DNA of 64,000 bases. Origin: Octopus sinensis (lineage: Eukaryota). The notes under the pieces are model-generated. The model was not told the origin of the DNA and searched no databases. It saw only the letters and a list, made by a program, of their open reading frames with translations. Below, in pieces: positions 49,278 to 62,378 of the stretch; position 1 is the stretch's first letter; the number at the start of each line of letters is the position of its first letter. Position numbers and translations under genes: made by a program. Location of the stretch: the NCBI RefSeq assembly GCF_006345805.1, contig NC_043014.1:49786001-49850000 (forward strand), read 5' to 3'.

Positions 49278-49607
49278 GAAGGTGCATGGCTCAGTGGTTA
49301 GAGTGTCGAGCTTATGATATTGAGGTTGTGAGTTCGAATCCCGGACCTGGCTGCGTGTTGTGTTCTTGAGCAAGACACTTCATTTCATGTTGCTCCAGTT
49401 CACTCAGCTGTGGAATTGAGTTGCAACGTCACAGGTGCCAGTCTGTATCGGCCCCTTTGCCTTTCCCTTGGATAACACTGGTGGCGTGGAGAGGGGAGGC
49501 CGGTATGCATGGGCGACTGCTGGTCTTCCATAAACACCCTTGCCCAGACTGGGAGGGTAACTTTCTAGGTGCAATCCTACGGTCAGTCATGACTGAATAG
49601 GGCCTCA
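49278..49607 (+). mobile_element. V-domain-like tRNA SINE
   Basis: TGGCTCAGTGG, GAGTTCGAATCC, TGTTCTTGAGCAAGACACTT...TTGCTCCAG. Confidence 0.8.
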
Positions 49608-50184
49608 TATATATATATATAATATATATATATATAATAGAGAGAGAGAGCTGTGAGTGTAGGTGTTTGCATGTAGAGATGTGTGTGTTTGTGTGTATAT
49701 CTATGTATATTCATGTGTGTGTGTACATGTATTTGCAGTGAAATTTAACCATTTTTGGGTCTCCAATAGAATTCTTTTAGTAGTGGGAAATCCTACAATT
49801 TCAGTGTATTCGCAGTATTGTTATTGCAGTATGCATGCATGTGTGTGTGTGTGTGTGTTTATTTAATGTGTAGGTGTAGTGTCATGTATGATGAAGTGTG
49901 TATAATATTAAATGTAATCTGTGTGTATATTGTAGTGTGTGCACATATTTCTTTATACTTCATTTTTTTTTTTTTTTCGATATACATATTTTTTCTTATT
50001 TTATTCATTTGCTTTATGTCTGATTTTCCATGTCAGCATGGGTTAGATGAGTACATATAAAGAAATTATTTTATAACCAGAGCCAGACACCCTTCCTATC
50101 ACTAAGCCTTACCTGCTTTCTAGCAAAGGGATTTCTTTTTATTCCGCACATCTTTCTTCCAAAGCACATAGATAATTTGTTAGT

Positions 50185-50425
50185 GGCTGTGTGGTAAGTA
50201 GCTTGCTTACCAACCACATGGTTCCGGGTTCAGTTCCACTGCGTGGCACCTTGGGCAAGTGTCTTCTACTATAGCCTCAGGCTGACCAAAGCCTTGTGAG
50301 TGGATTTGGTAAACGGAAACTGAAAGAAGCGCGTCGTATATATGTATATATATATATATGTGTGCGTTTGTGTATCTGTGTTTGTCTCCCCAACATCGCA
50401 TGACAAACGATGCTGGAGTGTTTAC
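50185..50425 (+). mobile_element. SINE family A, 3'-truncated
   Basis: Head to microsatellite and part of the tail. Confidence 0.85.
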
Positions 50426-50647
50426 GAAAGAGCTTGGAAAATACTTTCTGGTGATCAGGGATACACATGTAGGGAAGCTGCCAGTACAGCAGAAAGTCCT
50501 TTGTCTGTTTTGTCAGAATTACGGTGGCATTGGTAACCAAAGTGATCTCTCTCTTGGACCAACAACTGCCATATTTGCTCTCACTTGGAAGGTTATGCTT
50601 TTACAATCCAGTAGCTAGAAATAACAGCAAACTATCTGATGCACAAA

Positions 50648-51027
50648 ACTTGTACTTGTACTTGGGGTGACATTCACCCTGGGCAGGTTGAGTAGGCTTC
50701 TTCTACTCATGGAAGAAGTTTCGTGGGAATATGTGGATTTCACAAGCGGTCCCCAACAATCCTGCATGTGGAGACATCCTGTTTGCTGCAGATTGTCCGC
50801 AGACACAGGGACAGAACTACCGAGGAGCCGTCGGTTGCTGAAGCAGACACTCCAAGGATTTTCACCAGAGCCCCGTCTGCCGGGTTGTGGCCCTAATACT
50901 ACTCAGTGTCAGACCAATCCGCCTTGGGTGGCCCTACCAGGAACCGAAGTTCCCGATGGCATAGCTCTGACACTACCTGTTGCCAGCATCCCCACCACGG
51001 TGAGGAGGGGATGAACTTTGGGGACAC
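50648..51027 (-). mobile_element. Short bipartite non-autonomous RTE derivative (5' UTR joined to an (AAGTAC)n tail)
   Basis: GAGCTATGCCATCGGG...CCTGGTAGGGCCACCCAAGGC resembles RTE 5' UTRs (recalled); ends CCCC-AAGTAC-AAGTAC-AAGT; no ORF2. Confidence 0.6.
50917..51027 (-). ncRNA. HDV-like (nested double pseudoknot) self-cleaving ribozyme candidate
   Basis: P1 GTGTCCCC/GGGGATGC; P2 ATCC-CC/GGCGGAT; P3 CC/GG around L3 TCACCGT; P1.1 CA/TG; P4 with GGAAC-TTCG-GTTCC; J4/2 CCAA. Confidence 0.5.
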
Positions 51028-51293
51028 TAGTAGTCAACACAGTACACAATGAAATTTTTGGAGGGGATAGACCGGAGATCAAAATACAATAAATTACTAT
51101 GAATGCAAAGGAATGTTCATCCTTGATATGAAAGAAGAGTAATGGCATATACCAGTCAAAACCTCTGTAAAATACAAGCCTAACAGACCAGACATGGTGA
51201 TATGAGATGGGGATATGGTCGTGTGCACAAGTGTTAGCACTAGACTATAGTATTATACGTGTAATTACTGGGGTACTCTGTTATGTCACTAGT

Positions 51294-51601
51294 GAAGGTG
51301 TATGGCTTAGTGGTTAGGGCATTTGGCTCACGATCGTAAAGTCGTGAGTTCAATTCCTGGCGATGCATTGTGTTCTTGAGCAAGACACTTTATTTCACAT
51401 TGCTTCAGTCCACTCAGCTGGCAAAATCGAGTAGCACCTGTATTTCAAAGGGCCAGCCTTGTCATGCTGATTCTCCCTAAGAACTACGTTAAGGTATACA
51501 TGTCTGTGGAGTGCTCAGCCACTTGCATGTTAATTTTACAAACAAGCTGTCCCATTGATCGGATCAGCTGGGACCCCTGTCATTGTAACCGATGGAGTGT
51601 T
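51294..51601 (+). mobile_element. V-domain-like SINE with the family C tail
   Basis: V-like 5' half; 3' half CACCTGTATTTCAAAGGGCCAGCCTTGTCA...GTGGAGTGCTCAGCCA matches the 17106 copy. Confidence 0.75.
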
Positions 51602-52253
51602 CCTCTCTATGTTATACCACTAAGTACCTCAGTACTAATCTAGTAAAACTGAGCTTCACAGGACCAAAGACAATAGGGCTAATTAATAGAGCTCGATTCA
51701 TTATTAGACAATAGGATTAGATTAATTATTGGAACTGAAAATGTATGCAAACCATTTCAGAGGTTTAGTCTAATGTATAAATGTGATTAGGTATGTAACT
51801 CCTTTACAACAAGAACTTACTCTACTCCAATCTTTTCCCCTTATACCTTATTCCCCTTCTAACATACAGAAGCAGCATCCTTCATCCCTGGGTTTGTTGA
51901 GTTGCGAACTGCATGGTGACTTCAATAGCGCTGGTGGCATGAGTAACAGCACCCAGTACACACTGTAAAGTGGTTGGCATTAAGAAGGGCATCCAGCCGT
52001 TGAAACCCTGCCAAAGCAGACACTGAAGTATAATTCAGTCCTTGACTCATTGGATCCTTGTCAAAATGTCCGTCTCATGCCAGCAGCATGGAATATGGAC
52101 ATTAAATGAAGATGATGACATACACATACATATTAGGTTCATTTATATCTGAAAAGGACCGGGTTATCAGCTTTACACTTTGTGGGTTCCGAGGTGGTTT
52201 ATTGGGGCCAATTTTGGTATGGAATTCACAGTTACAGTGCGAGCATGTAATAC

Positions 52254-52491
52254 CTATTTCTTTACTACCCACAAGGGGCTAAACACAGAAAGGACAAACA
52301 AGGACAGACAAAGGGATTAAGTCGATTACATCGACCCCAGTGCGTAACTGGTACTTAATTTATCGACCCCGAAAGGATGAAAGGCAAAGTCAACCTATGC
52401 GGAATTTGAACTCAGAACGTAATGGCAGACGAAATACCGCTACGCATTTCGCCCGGTGTGCTAACGTTTCTGCCAGCTCGCCACCTTAATT
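52254..52491 (-). mobile_element. SINE family B with 13-bp TSD
   Basis: GAGCATGTAATAC at 52241-52253 and 52492-52504. Confidence 0.9.
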
Positions 52492-52599
52492 GAGCATGTA
52501 ATACTGGAGTCAGGACTCGGTGAGACTCTTATTTCCCATGCAGCCTTTCTCTATTTAGCTTCTCTGGCCATATCAGATTGAGAGCACTGTACACTAGAG

Positions 52600-52860
52600 T
52601 ACATAGTGAGTCCTGCTGAGGAAAACGCTCCTATGTAAATTGCCGCTAGGCTACACTTTTTCAAGGCTGTCTTCAGAGTGTCCTTGTATCTATTCCTCGG
52701 ACCACCTCATGAGCAAGTGCCAGCTGTTAGTTCACTAAAGAAGATCTGCTTCGGGAGTCTCTGGAGTCACGTATGCGCTCTACGTGTCCATTCTACTGCA
52801 GCTGGAATTTGCTCAGGAAAGCATAAATGCTTGACATATCAAGCCGGATAAAATTCCCAA
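52600..52860 (-). mobile_element. Decayed RTE (BovB-like) ORF2 C-terminal fragment
   Basis: FQLQ*NGHVERIRDSR / LPKQIFFSELTAG...GGPRNRYKDTLK. Confidence 0.75.
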
Positions 52861-52970
52861 TACAAACTGTGCTTGAGAGAGCTAATATGACACACACATG
52901 TAAACATACAAAGATATATATATATATATATATACGTATTTATACACACAAGTCAAACACAATGACAAGC

Positions 52971-53009
<39 letters not shown>

Positions 53010-53310
53010 ACATATACGTAGACACACTTGTGCATGTACATATGTATATGACTTCCTTGTTGATGCCGTCTAAATTCCGATGAGAGAATCTTGTCGCTGG
53101 TTTGCTGTCTGAGCGCTTTCCCCTCTTCTCTGTTGTTGATGGCAGACATTTTTAACCAGGAGAATCTACACGCGTTTGCACATAAACTAGCACGTGCATA
53201 CTCACGCATGCACACTGACACAGCACGCACCCTTTTGTGTGCAAATGTGCTCGTATACATACATACATACCAAATCTGCTAAGTATATACATACAAAAGG
53301 AGTGTGCTGT

Positions 53311-53396
<86 letters not shown>

Positions 53397-53532
53397 ACAT
53401 ACATACATACATACATACATACACACACACAGAGCTGAGATTGATATATACTTGCTCATACACACACATATATATATTAAATATACATACATACACACTC
53501 ACACACAGAGCTGTGGCTGATGTATACTTACT

Positions 53533-53572
<40 letters not shown>

Positions 53573-55756
53573 ATATATATATATATATACATACATACAT
53601 CTAAACTCGCACCATGTTTTTTATTTTTACATTTTTACTAGATAGCAATGAAATCAGATTCCGTATATCACTAACAAACAACCAAAGAGTATACACATTA
53701 TATATGCGCGTATGTATATATATATATATACACGCTCACACACACACACACACGCCTATAATGTATATGATCACATGTGCTAACACGAGCTACCCTTGTA
53801 ATTTTCCGACTTCCTTCATCTTTCCTTCTTGCTCTTTTTTTTTCCTTCGTTTATTCCTGTTTCGTTTTCTCTCCATTCTCTATTTCTTTCCTTATTTTTT
53901 AAAATCCTTATCTTCTTCCTTCTTTTCATTCCTTACCTTCACCCCGCACTGCCTTCACTCCAATGTTTTGTCCATCCATCTATCCATCCATCCGTCTGCC
54001 TGTCTCTCTCTGTCCATATCTTTTCATGTATTTTCTCTCGATGTTTGGCTCGCTTTCAGTCTATCTAGCTATCTTTCTATCAAACGCCTGTCTTAGACAA
54101 AATATCTATCTATGCATTTGTATGTATATATATACGTTTGTGTGCATGTGTGTATATCCATCCATCATCTATCCATGTATCTACCTGTCTGTCTGTCTAC
54201 TCTAATGCTTAAAACCTTTATTAAGATCCCTGTCCATGTGGTTAACTGGCTGCTAAGTCTCTAAGTCTTTCTAAACCATGACGGAGAGTGTCCACCCTCG
54301 ACCCTCCCCCCCCCGGAAAGAAACGGAGAAAGTAAAAGAGATAGATGGGGGAGGAAAAAAAGGATGAAGAGCAAAGCAGTTAGAGAGAGAGAGAGAGAGA
54401 GAGAGATGAGGAGAGGAGAGAAAAAAAAGAGACTTGTGAAAGGACGGAAGAAAGAGTGAAAGACTGATAGGAAGGAAGGAAGAAAGTAAAAGAAAGAAGA
54501 AAAAAAACCGAGAGAGAGAGAGAGAAAGAGAGATAGAGAAAGCAAAGGAATGAAAGAAAGAACTCGCCGACCAACCAACACACCAACAAGCCAGTCCCAA
54601 AACAGGAAGGGATGCTTAATGGTGGGAGGAGGAGGAGGCGGCGGCGGCGGCGGCGGAGGAGGAGGTGGTGGGGGAGAAGAAGGAGGAGGAGGAGTTAAGA
54701 TGTGTTAAGCACTGCGGCCTAGATTAATTGCTGCCTGGAATAGATCGTTGGTGTCTATATTTAGACATAGACACACACAGCTGGCTTGTATTAGTCAAGA
54801 CAGATTGAAATGGTAGCTGGGAGAAAGAGAGAGAGAGCGACTCATACACACACACACTGTGGTGTGTATATATGTGTATATATATTTATATGTATATATA
54901 TATATCACCTCTTGCCAGCTCCTATGTTGTACCATTGCTATGGAGATGATAAGCTTCTTGCTTTCTCTTCCACTAATAAATATTCTTCTTCTTCTTCTTC
55001 TTGTGGTTGCTGCAAGTTTTGGTAGCCTTGTCGTTGTGTGTGTGTGTGTTTTTTTTTTTTAGTCCCAGGTCAACCTTGATTGAGCGCGCACATGATCAAA
55101 AGACATTCGGACCGTGACCGTCCCGCTTTTTTTTTTTTGTTTCGGTATATTTTAAACTTCGTTATCCAATATATAGCCTTCCTTTTATTATTATTTTGGT
55201 GGGGGGCACATATATGTTAGGTAGATGTTGCTGCTATTTCTAGCAGATTCGTTTGTTTCGGGTGGTTTTAGGCCTCGGATTACTATCAAAGCCATTCATT
55301 CCAGTTATGACCATCACCTCTAGCTGTCTACATTTTTTGACGTATCCTCCCTTTCTTTAAGATTATGCGTTTGCTCCATGGAGGTTTTGTTACTGTTTCT
55401 AGCAGTTGAGCAACCACGTTTAGGGCGCTCTCATTCGTTCGAGAGAAGGATATGAGGGGTCTGTCTGCATAGTGTAATTATTATGTGTTTTTACTTTTCG
55501 GGGTCATTATTCTGTGTAAATCATAAATTTATAAATGATGGGGGAGGGCAGTTGCCATGACTTTTGTGGACCTCCCCCACTGCTCGCAGTCTGGGGCTAT
55601 TTATGCGGTTGGTGTTTAGCTTGTACATCTATCTGCAAGTCAACGTCTGAAGGGTTAACAGGAGTGGGGAGTGAGAGGCCTCTGGTCCAAATACTTGCAA
55701 TGCAATGAATATTCCGTTAAATATACCCAGAACAGGGCTGTGTTCAATAGTAATAT

Positions 55757-55890
55757 ATATTTCTTTACTGCCTTCAAGGGGCTAAACACAGAGGGGACAA
55801 ACAAGGACAGACAAATGGATTAAGTCGATTACATTGACCCCCAGTGCGAAACTGGTACTTTATTTATCGACCCCGAAAGGATGCAAGGCA
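55757..55890 (-). mobile_element. SINE family B 3' half
   Basis: Tail motif and start of the core. Confidence 0.8.
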
Positions 55891-56048
55891 AAGGCGTAGT
55901 AATGCACACCGGCGCACTGGGAGGATGCCTTGGGGTTCACGGGTCTAAGGTTGCGACTTGCTGTGTGAATAAATATGCTAGGGTTGGTGCAGTGATTTGC
56001 TTAGGGGCTTCGGGCTCCACTGGGAACTCTTGCGCATGCAACCACAGC

Positions 56049-56079
<31 letters not shown>

Positions 56080-58245
56080 TGGTTGTAGGTTCCGTGGACC
56101 TGTGGGGCCCTCGACAACTGTCCATTGTGCTTATGTCATAAAACTACTGACACAGAGTGAGGGACAAAAACACAACACACAACCACCGCGATGGCAGGGA
56201 GTGAAAAACTTTCGTTCACTTTTGATTGATTAATTTAATAAGATGACAAGCTTTCGGTAAAAGTCTATGATGTCATAACTGTGTGACATCGTCTTCAACT
56301 GCTGGCCAGTCAAACACGCATTCACACACATTCGTACATGACTGTGAAGTCATATGCTAACACCGAAACCTTACTAAGTTTGTTGAAAATAAAATTAAAA
56401 TAGAAGATATTCCTTCTACAAACCACACATGCAGGTCAATGACCATTAAAAAAAAAGCATTTATATATTTACAGTTACAGAATTTTTCTAGGATAACCAG
56501 AGGAAAATTTTCACGATTCTAGTCGAGGGATAAATTGCTTAAGGTTAAAAAACAGTCGGTGTTTTTTTACACGGGTTTTCTTATTTTTCTTTAACTTTGT
56601 TCTTTAAAGATGTTCGCGTTAAATTAATACATAACATTGTTGGTTTTATGTAATGATTTGTATTGTATAAAAGAATACTTTTTATATGTGTAGAGTGGGG
56701 ATGGAGATTGGGAAGGAATATTAGGAAAAAAATCAAAGTTACGAAAGCAAATATTGTTTTATTTCTCCAGAGCGTCACAGACTTCGCATCTGCCGCTTCT
56801 GGGACACCTGTTAGTAGTAGTAGTTGCTGCTGTTCGCGGCAGCCCCTTCTTGATCTCATAGGCATCATTTGATCGAAGATATTCCAGATATGACCCTCCC
56901 CTCTCCCCCCCCCCCAGACTAGCAGACTACGTTATGCAATGTGTTCTTCCTTTTACCCCTTTTCACGAGCAGTAGGGTGTTTGATTTGATGGGGATTTGG
57001 CTGCTATTTCTAACAGGTCGTGTGACCACACAAAGAATCCCTAGCTGTCATCTCTCTCTCTCTCTCTCTCTTCCTATTTCTGTTTGTCTCTCTCCTTCTC
57101 TTTCACTACTCCTTGTTAAATCTCGGGAGTTAAGATAAAGTGTATCAGAGATAGAGAGGTCACATGCTTCCTCTGCTTGTTGTGCTGCTATCACCATGGA
57201 AATGGCGAGGTGTTGTTCTTGTTGTTGTTGTTGTAGTATGCGTGTGTACCTGACTATCTCCGAGATCCAGAACACGTTAGGGTTCGGGTAACTAAAGAAA
57301 TTCTCTCTCTCTCAGTTGAGTAAGGAAGCCTCCACTCCATGCTATGCCTCTCTGTCTTTTCGCTCTATCTCCTTGCAGCACACACACACACACACACGTG
57401 TGTGTGTGTGTGTGTCCCCGTCTGTCCCCCTTCTTCTCTCCTCTCCGGACCCTATCTCTCAAAATTTCGATACGCGCAGTGAAAATGGAGCGAAGATATT
57501 TTTCTTTCATTTTGGAAATAATCTAAATTTCATTTTTATTCAACATTTGCTGATTTCAATTATCAATTCCATTGCATTCCATTCCACTGCCGACCGGCTA
57601 TGTTGTTTAATACCAGGTCAGCCCTCATTGAGTAAACCTATGATCGAAGTAATTCCAACCGTGACCATCCTGTCGGTGCATCACTGTCTCGAAAAGATCC
57701 AATGTAGTATCTTTTCTAAGGTGCAGATGTAATTTGAAGGAAATTTGGCTGCTATTTCTAGCAATTGGAAAACTGGTTGAAACAATATTCTTTTATTGGA
57801 CTTTGTCACTGTACTGCGACCAGGCTGGAGCACCCTGCTGATATCAGCTGCAACATTAATTTTAATTTTCTGGGTTGCATGAATGGCAAAAGACGACCCA
57901 ATGAGTTTGAACCCAGACTATCGCGGATCATTACCAAACACAAGATATTTTGATTAGCGCTCTACCGATTCTGCCAATCCACCTGTGACAAATGATGCCT
58001 CAGGATGGTCACTTGACTTGCTAGATATAAGAATCAGATCTTCCTCAAATTACACCCTTCCATCTTCAGAAAAGTCTGTGGAGTGGCCACAACAGGAGGG
58101 CTTTGATTGTAGATATGCTCAATTGTGACTTTTCTAAGGCTAAACAACACTCTGTCTGTGAATCTGTTTATTGATATATCTATCTGTCTATCTATATCTA
58201 CAATAAATTCTCCTTGTCATTCTTTCCCTCTCTCTATATATATAT

Positions 58246-58545
58246 TTCACTGTGACCGACCAGGCTATCAGATGTTGCTACACATCACTGGCCACAATGC
58301 ACTTCGCATTGTTTTAGCCTTCGAATGACGCCACCCCACTGGCTAAGCGAGCAGGCCAATAGAAGAAAGAGTGAGAGAAAGTTGTGGCTAAAGAGTACAG
58401 CAGGGGTCACCACCACCCCCTGCCGGAGCCTCGTAGAGCTTTAGGTGTTTTCGCTCAATAAACACTCACAACGCCCGGTCTGGGAATCGAAACCGCGATC
58501 CTACGACCGCGAGTTCGCTGCCCTACCACTGGGCCATTGCGCCTC

Positions 58546-58547
<2 letters not shown>
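58246..58547 (-). mobile_element. SINE family C head and body with a different tail
   Basis: 58365-58547 is near-identical to the 17305-17490 region; the distal part is unrelated. Confidence 0.8.
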
Positions 58548-58577
<30 letters not shown>

Positions 58578-58993
58578 CACACATACACACAACAAATACG
58601 CACTCACACACTCATATGCAGAGAGAGAGAGAGGAAAATGTTTATTATTTTCCATATGCAAAATGTTGACCATAGAAAAACAGATGTGATTCAGTGTGTC
58701 GTATGTTTTCTACATGATTCCTGGAGGATTGTTAAATGTTTTCTCTGATTAGTTTATTAACTATTATATAATCAAATGGACTATATTACCATTTTGGCTT
58801 CATTGGTCATCTACCAATGAACCCAAGTGTGAAGAGGTTGGTTAAATATTAGAATAATGTATTTCAAATATATTTGCGACATGTTGCAAAATGATAATCT
58901 AATTTGCATTGGCACTCAGAGACAATGTTATTACTCAACTGGAATAAAACCTGACCAAAAATGATATCAAAAGGTTGCTTTGTTAGCTTGCTT

Positions 58994-59385
58994 GGATCTT
59001 TTCGGTTTGAACGGCAGTTTTTTCTAGCAGTGTCATATGAAATTGTCACCCATAATTATGACCCTTGTATCGATCTATTGCATTTCAATCTGTTTTAGGG
59101 TTAGTTAGGGTTAGAGCGAAGGGTATCTTTTTTTCTTCAGAAATGTAAATAAACCCAATCTGTTTCTTAAACGAGGGACATATTCATATGGCACAGAATG
59201 TTTTCACCTCAATAGACATCATTGATTGGTTGAAATTGCAGAAATTGAAGAAAAAAAAAACAACAAATATCTTACAAACTATAAAATTTTCTTAATAAAG
59301 CCAAGAGAAAAAGATGTTTTATAAACACATTCTACCAGTAGATGGAAATCATTTAAAAAAACTGCCGTTCAAACCGAAAAGATCC
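58994..59385. mobile_element. MITE family M, full length
   Basis: TIRs; perfect TSD GCTTGCTT (58986-58993, 59386-59393). Confidence 0.9.
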
Positions 59386-59436
59386 GCTTGCTTATTAGTA
59401 GCTAAATGGTGGAGCTCATTAATTAATTGCAAGGGA

Positions 59437-60667
59437 CATCATCATCATTTAATGTCCGTTTTCCATATTGGCATGGGTTGGACGGTTTGACTGAGGTCTG
59501 GAGAGCCAGAGGCTGCACCAGGCTCCAATCTGATCTGGCAATGTTTCTACAGCTAGATGCCCTTCCTAACGCCAACCACTGTGAGAGTGTAGTGGGTGCT
59601 TTTTATGTGCCACCAGCACAGGGGCCAGTCAGGTGGGCCTGACATTGATCACATTCAGATGGTGCTTTTTATGTGTCACTGGCACAGGAGCCACTCAAGG
59701 GGCACTGGCCACAGCTACGATATTGATTTCACTTGACCCAACAGGTCTTCTCAAGCATATCATATTGCACGACGCATCAGGGGCACTCTTAACAGGGCCA
59801 GACATGCATGGCTGCTATCTCACTTTAGTTACTGTTGAGTCAAGTAAAACCAATATCGTAGCTGGGGTCGGTGCCCCTGACTGACTCCCATGCCTGTGGT
59901 GTGCAAAAAGCCAGTATCCCCTGACTGGCCAGTCATAGCTGTCAGGCAATTTCTGTGACCACATCACCCCTAACATCATAAGAATAATGAGAACTGGGCC
60001 GGACATGCAGGCTGCGATCTCACTTTAGTTACTGGGTCTTCTCAATCACAACATATCTCCAAAGGTCTCAGTCTCCTGTCATTGCTTCTGTGAGGCCTGA
60101 TGTTTGAAGTTCAATGTTTGAAGTCTCAAGCATTTGTCTTATGAAGAAAGGCTGAAGACGCTCAACCTTTATTCTCTAGAAAAACGACGACGCCGTGGTG
60201 ATCTCATTCTTGCTCACAACATCATAAGCAGAAAGTGTAACCTCTCGAAAGAGCTGTTCTTCACTCCTGCTCCAGAGCGTCGGCTGCGGGGTCACGCCGA
60301 AAAGCTCTATCTGCGACGATTTCATCTCAATCGAAGGAGAGGGGCTTTCTCTGTCCGGGTTGCGGATCTGTGGAATAAGCTGCCGGACAAGATAGTGAAG
60401 ATACCGACGACCACTCGGTTCAAAGTCTCTCTTGACCAGAAATGGCCTGACCTCTTTGCATGAACACCCTCCCTGTACAAAACTCCATGTCCCCCTACAT
60501 GGCCTTGCTTTTTGCTTTTTGAGCCAAAAAATTAACTTAAGTTCATGCTTCACCACCTCATCCCATATCTTCCTGGGTCTACCTCTTCCACAGGTTCCTT
60601 CCACAGTTAGGGAGTGGCACTTCCTCGTGCAGCTGTCCTCATCCATACATAACGCATGGCCATACTA
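59437..60667 (-). mobile_element. RTE LINE 3' end (family R: ORF2 C-terminus + 3' UTR) split by a CR1 insertion
   Basis: YGHALCMDEDSCTRKCHSLTVEGTCGRGRPRKIWDEVVKHEL | QTSGLTEAMTGD*DLWRYVVIEKT, then array, core motif and (GAT)n tail. Confidence 0.8.
60125..60538 (+). mobile_element. CR1-a 3' end with intact 110-aa ORF2 C-terminus
   Basis: LKHLSYEERLKTLNLYSLEKRRRRGDLI...LRGH...FSVRVADLWNKLP; TSD AAGTTCA. Confidence 0.9.
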
Positions 60668-60864
60668 GAGCACCGTTTATCTATTCATCCAGCTTTCCAT
60701 TTACCTACCCACATATCTCTGTCCCCAATTTATTTTTTATTGCTACTCTGGTTCTCTTAGCTTTATTTTTTTACCTGTGGCATGCACCTGTATATTAAGT
60801 GCTTCTCCAGATTGAAACCCAATAAAGGGAAGAGGTGGGGGTGTATATAATATTCTTTAATTCT

Positions 60865-61130
60865 TTTACTTGTTTCAGTCATTTGACTGCAGCCATGCTG
60901 GAGCACCACCTTGAAGGGTTTTAGTTAAAACAAATTGACCCCCATGACTTATTTTTTTCAGCCTAGTACTTTTACTATTGGTCTCTTTTGCCGAATCACT
61001 AAGTTATGGGGGATGTAAACACACCAACACCGGTTGTCAAGTGGTGATAGGGGACAAACACAAACACAGACACAAAGATACACACACACACACGCACGCA
61101 CACACATATATATATATACACACACACAAA
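60865..61130 (-). mobile_element. SINE family A 3' half
   Basis: Tail module to microsatellite. Confidence 0.8.
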
Positions 61131-62378
61131 CACAAACACAGTCATCAGATGTTACCTTATGACAGTAGAATACCATGTGTTTAGCTGATGAGATCTAACT
61201 AGACTGAAACTTCTTCATTGCTTTCATCATCTGTTGGTTTTAAAAACCTCTACTTGGCTCTCCATCAGTTTATTTGCCCCAAATTTTTAGCTGGCTGATA
61301 TTTTGAAGTATCTTCCTTGTTTTTTTTTTGTTTTGTTTTGTTTTTTTTGAGAAGATTGTAAGCATTTTCAGAGGGAGTTTTTGTCAGCTAATTGCATGGA
61401 TAATCACAATTTTCTGGGGTTTTTTCCCCAGCTCACTATATTAGAAATACGAAACCCTACTAAATGCTTACTGTCTCATGTGTATGTGTGTGTGTGTAAG
61501 AATGCTTTGTTAGTATATACATCAAGTTCAAGGTTATATTCTGTAGTAGAAGTAGTAGTAGTAGTAGTGGTAGTAAGTGTGGTATGCAGGGTGCTGGATG
61601 CATCAGCAGTTGTGATTGAAGAATGTCACTGATTGCCATTGCATCTGTTATATTTAAAATAATTTTTTTTTTATTTATTGTTAACTATGATATTGAGTTT
61701 TTTTTTTAAATCTTAGAAATCGAATTTGTGTGATCAATTATGATGTGAGGTGAGTAGGGAACACACATGTTATCACAGCAGAATTATATGTTTTTTAAAA
61801 TCCAATATTTTTAAAGTATTACTCACCGAGGTCGACATAATTTTATCATTTTTTTTTGTTGTTTTTTTTTTACATATAAATATAAATATGTTATTTAAAT
61901 TAACTTCTTGTTCTGTCTAATAGACATAGCAGCTAAATCTCCTCTAAATTTATGCTTTGTGAAAAAAAAAAACGAAAGCTACATCAGTCCTTGACGTATA
62001 TAAAAACGACGAGAGACATCATTGACGTTAGATCTCTCTGCAGTCATTGTTGCTCTGGGACTGAAGTATCACCACCACCACCACCACCATCACCATCACC
62101 ACCACCACCACCACCACTACCACTGCTACCTCTATTTATACCCAAAATAAAACAGATCGAACTCACCCCTCCCACTCACGTCGAATGGCAGTTGTATAAT
62201 GTAATCAGTCTTTTGAATACAAAAACTAAAGAAATTGTCTGTTGATTTGAATTCTGACTTAATATTATACTTCCTCTCACCTTCCCGTCCCCTTCCCACA
62301 GTAGGAGGAATATGGGGCTTTCATGACCTTACTGACAGTCATAGGACTCCTATGTCAGTCAGGCAGGGCATCAATTAA

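Noticed and set aside
52940-53260. Minus ORF containing MSAINNREEGKALRQQTSDKILSSEF
   Set aside because: No recognisable domain, weak splice signals, and both ends run into (TG)/(TA) repeats.
56771-56872. Plus-strand acceptor TTTCTCCAG with short ORF SVTDFASAASGTP...
   Set aside because: No homology or partner exon; all frames stop within about 35 codons.
34555-57198. Shared 13-mer TGCTATCACCATG at 34555 and 57186
   Set aside because: Many 13-mer matches are expected by chance in 64 kb.
61185-61210. CTGATGA...GAAAC hammerhead-like spacing
   Set aside because: Stem II has mismatches at its base and no stem I partner was found; at best a decayed relic.
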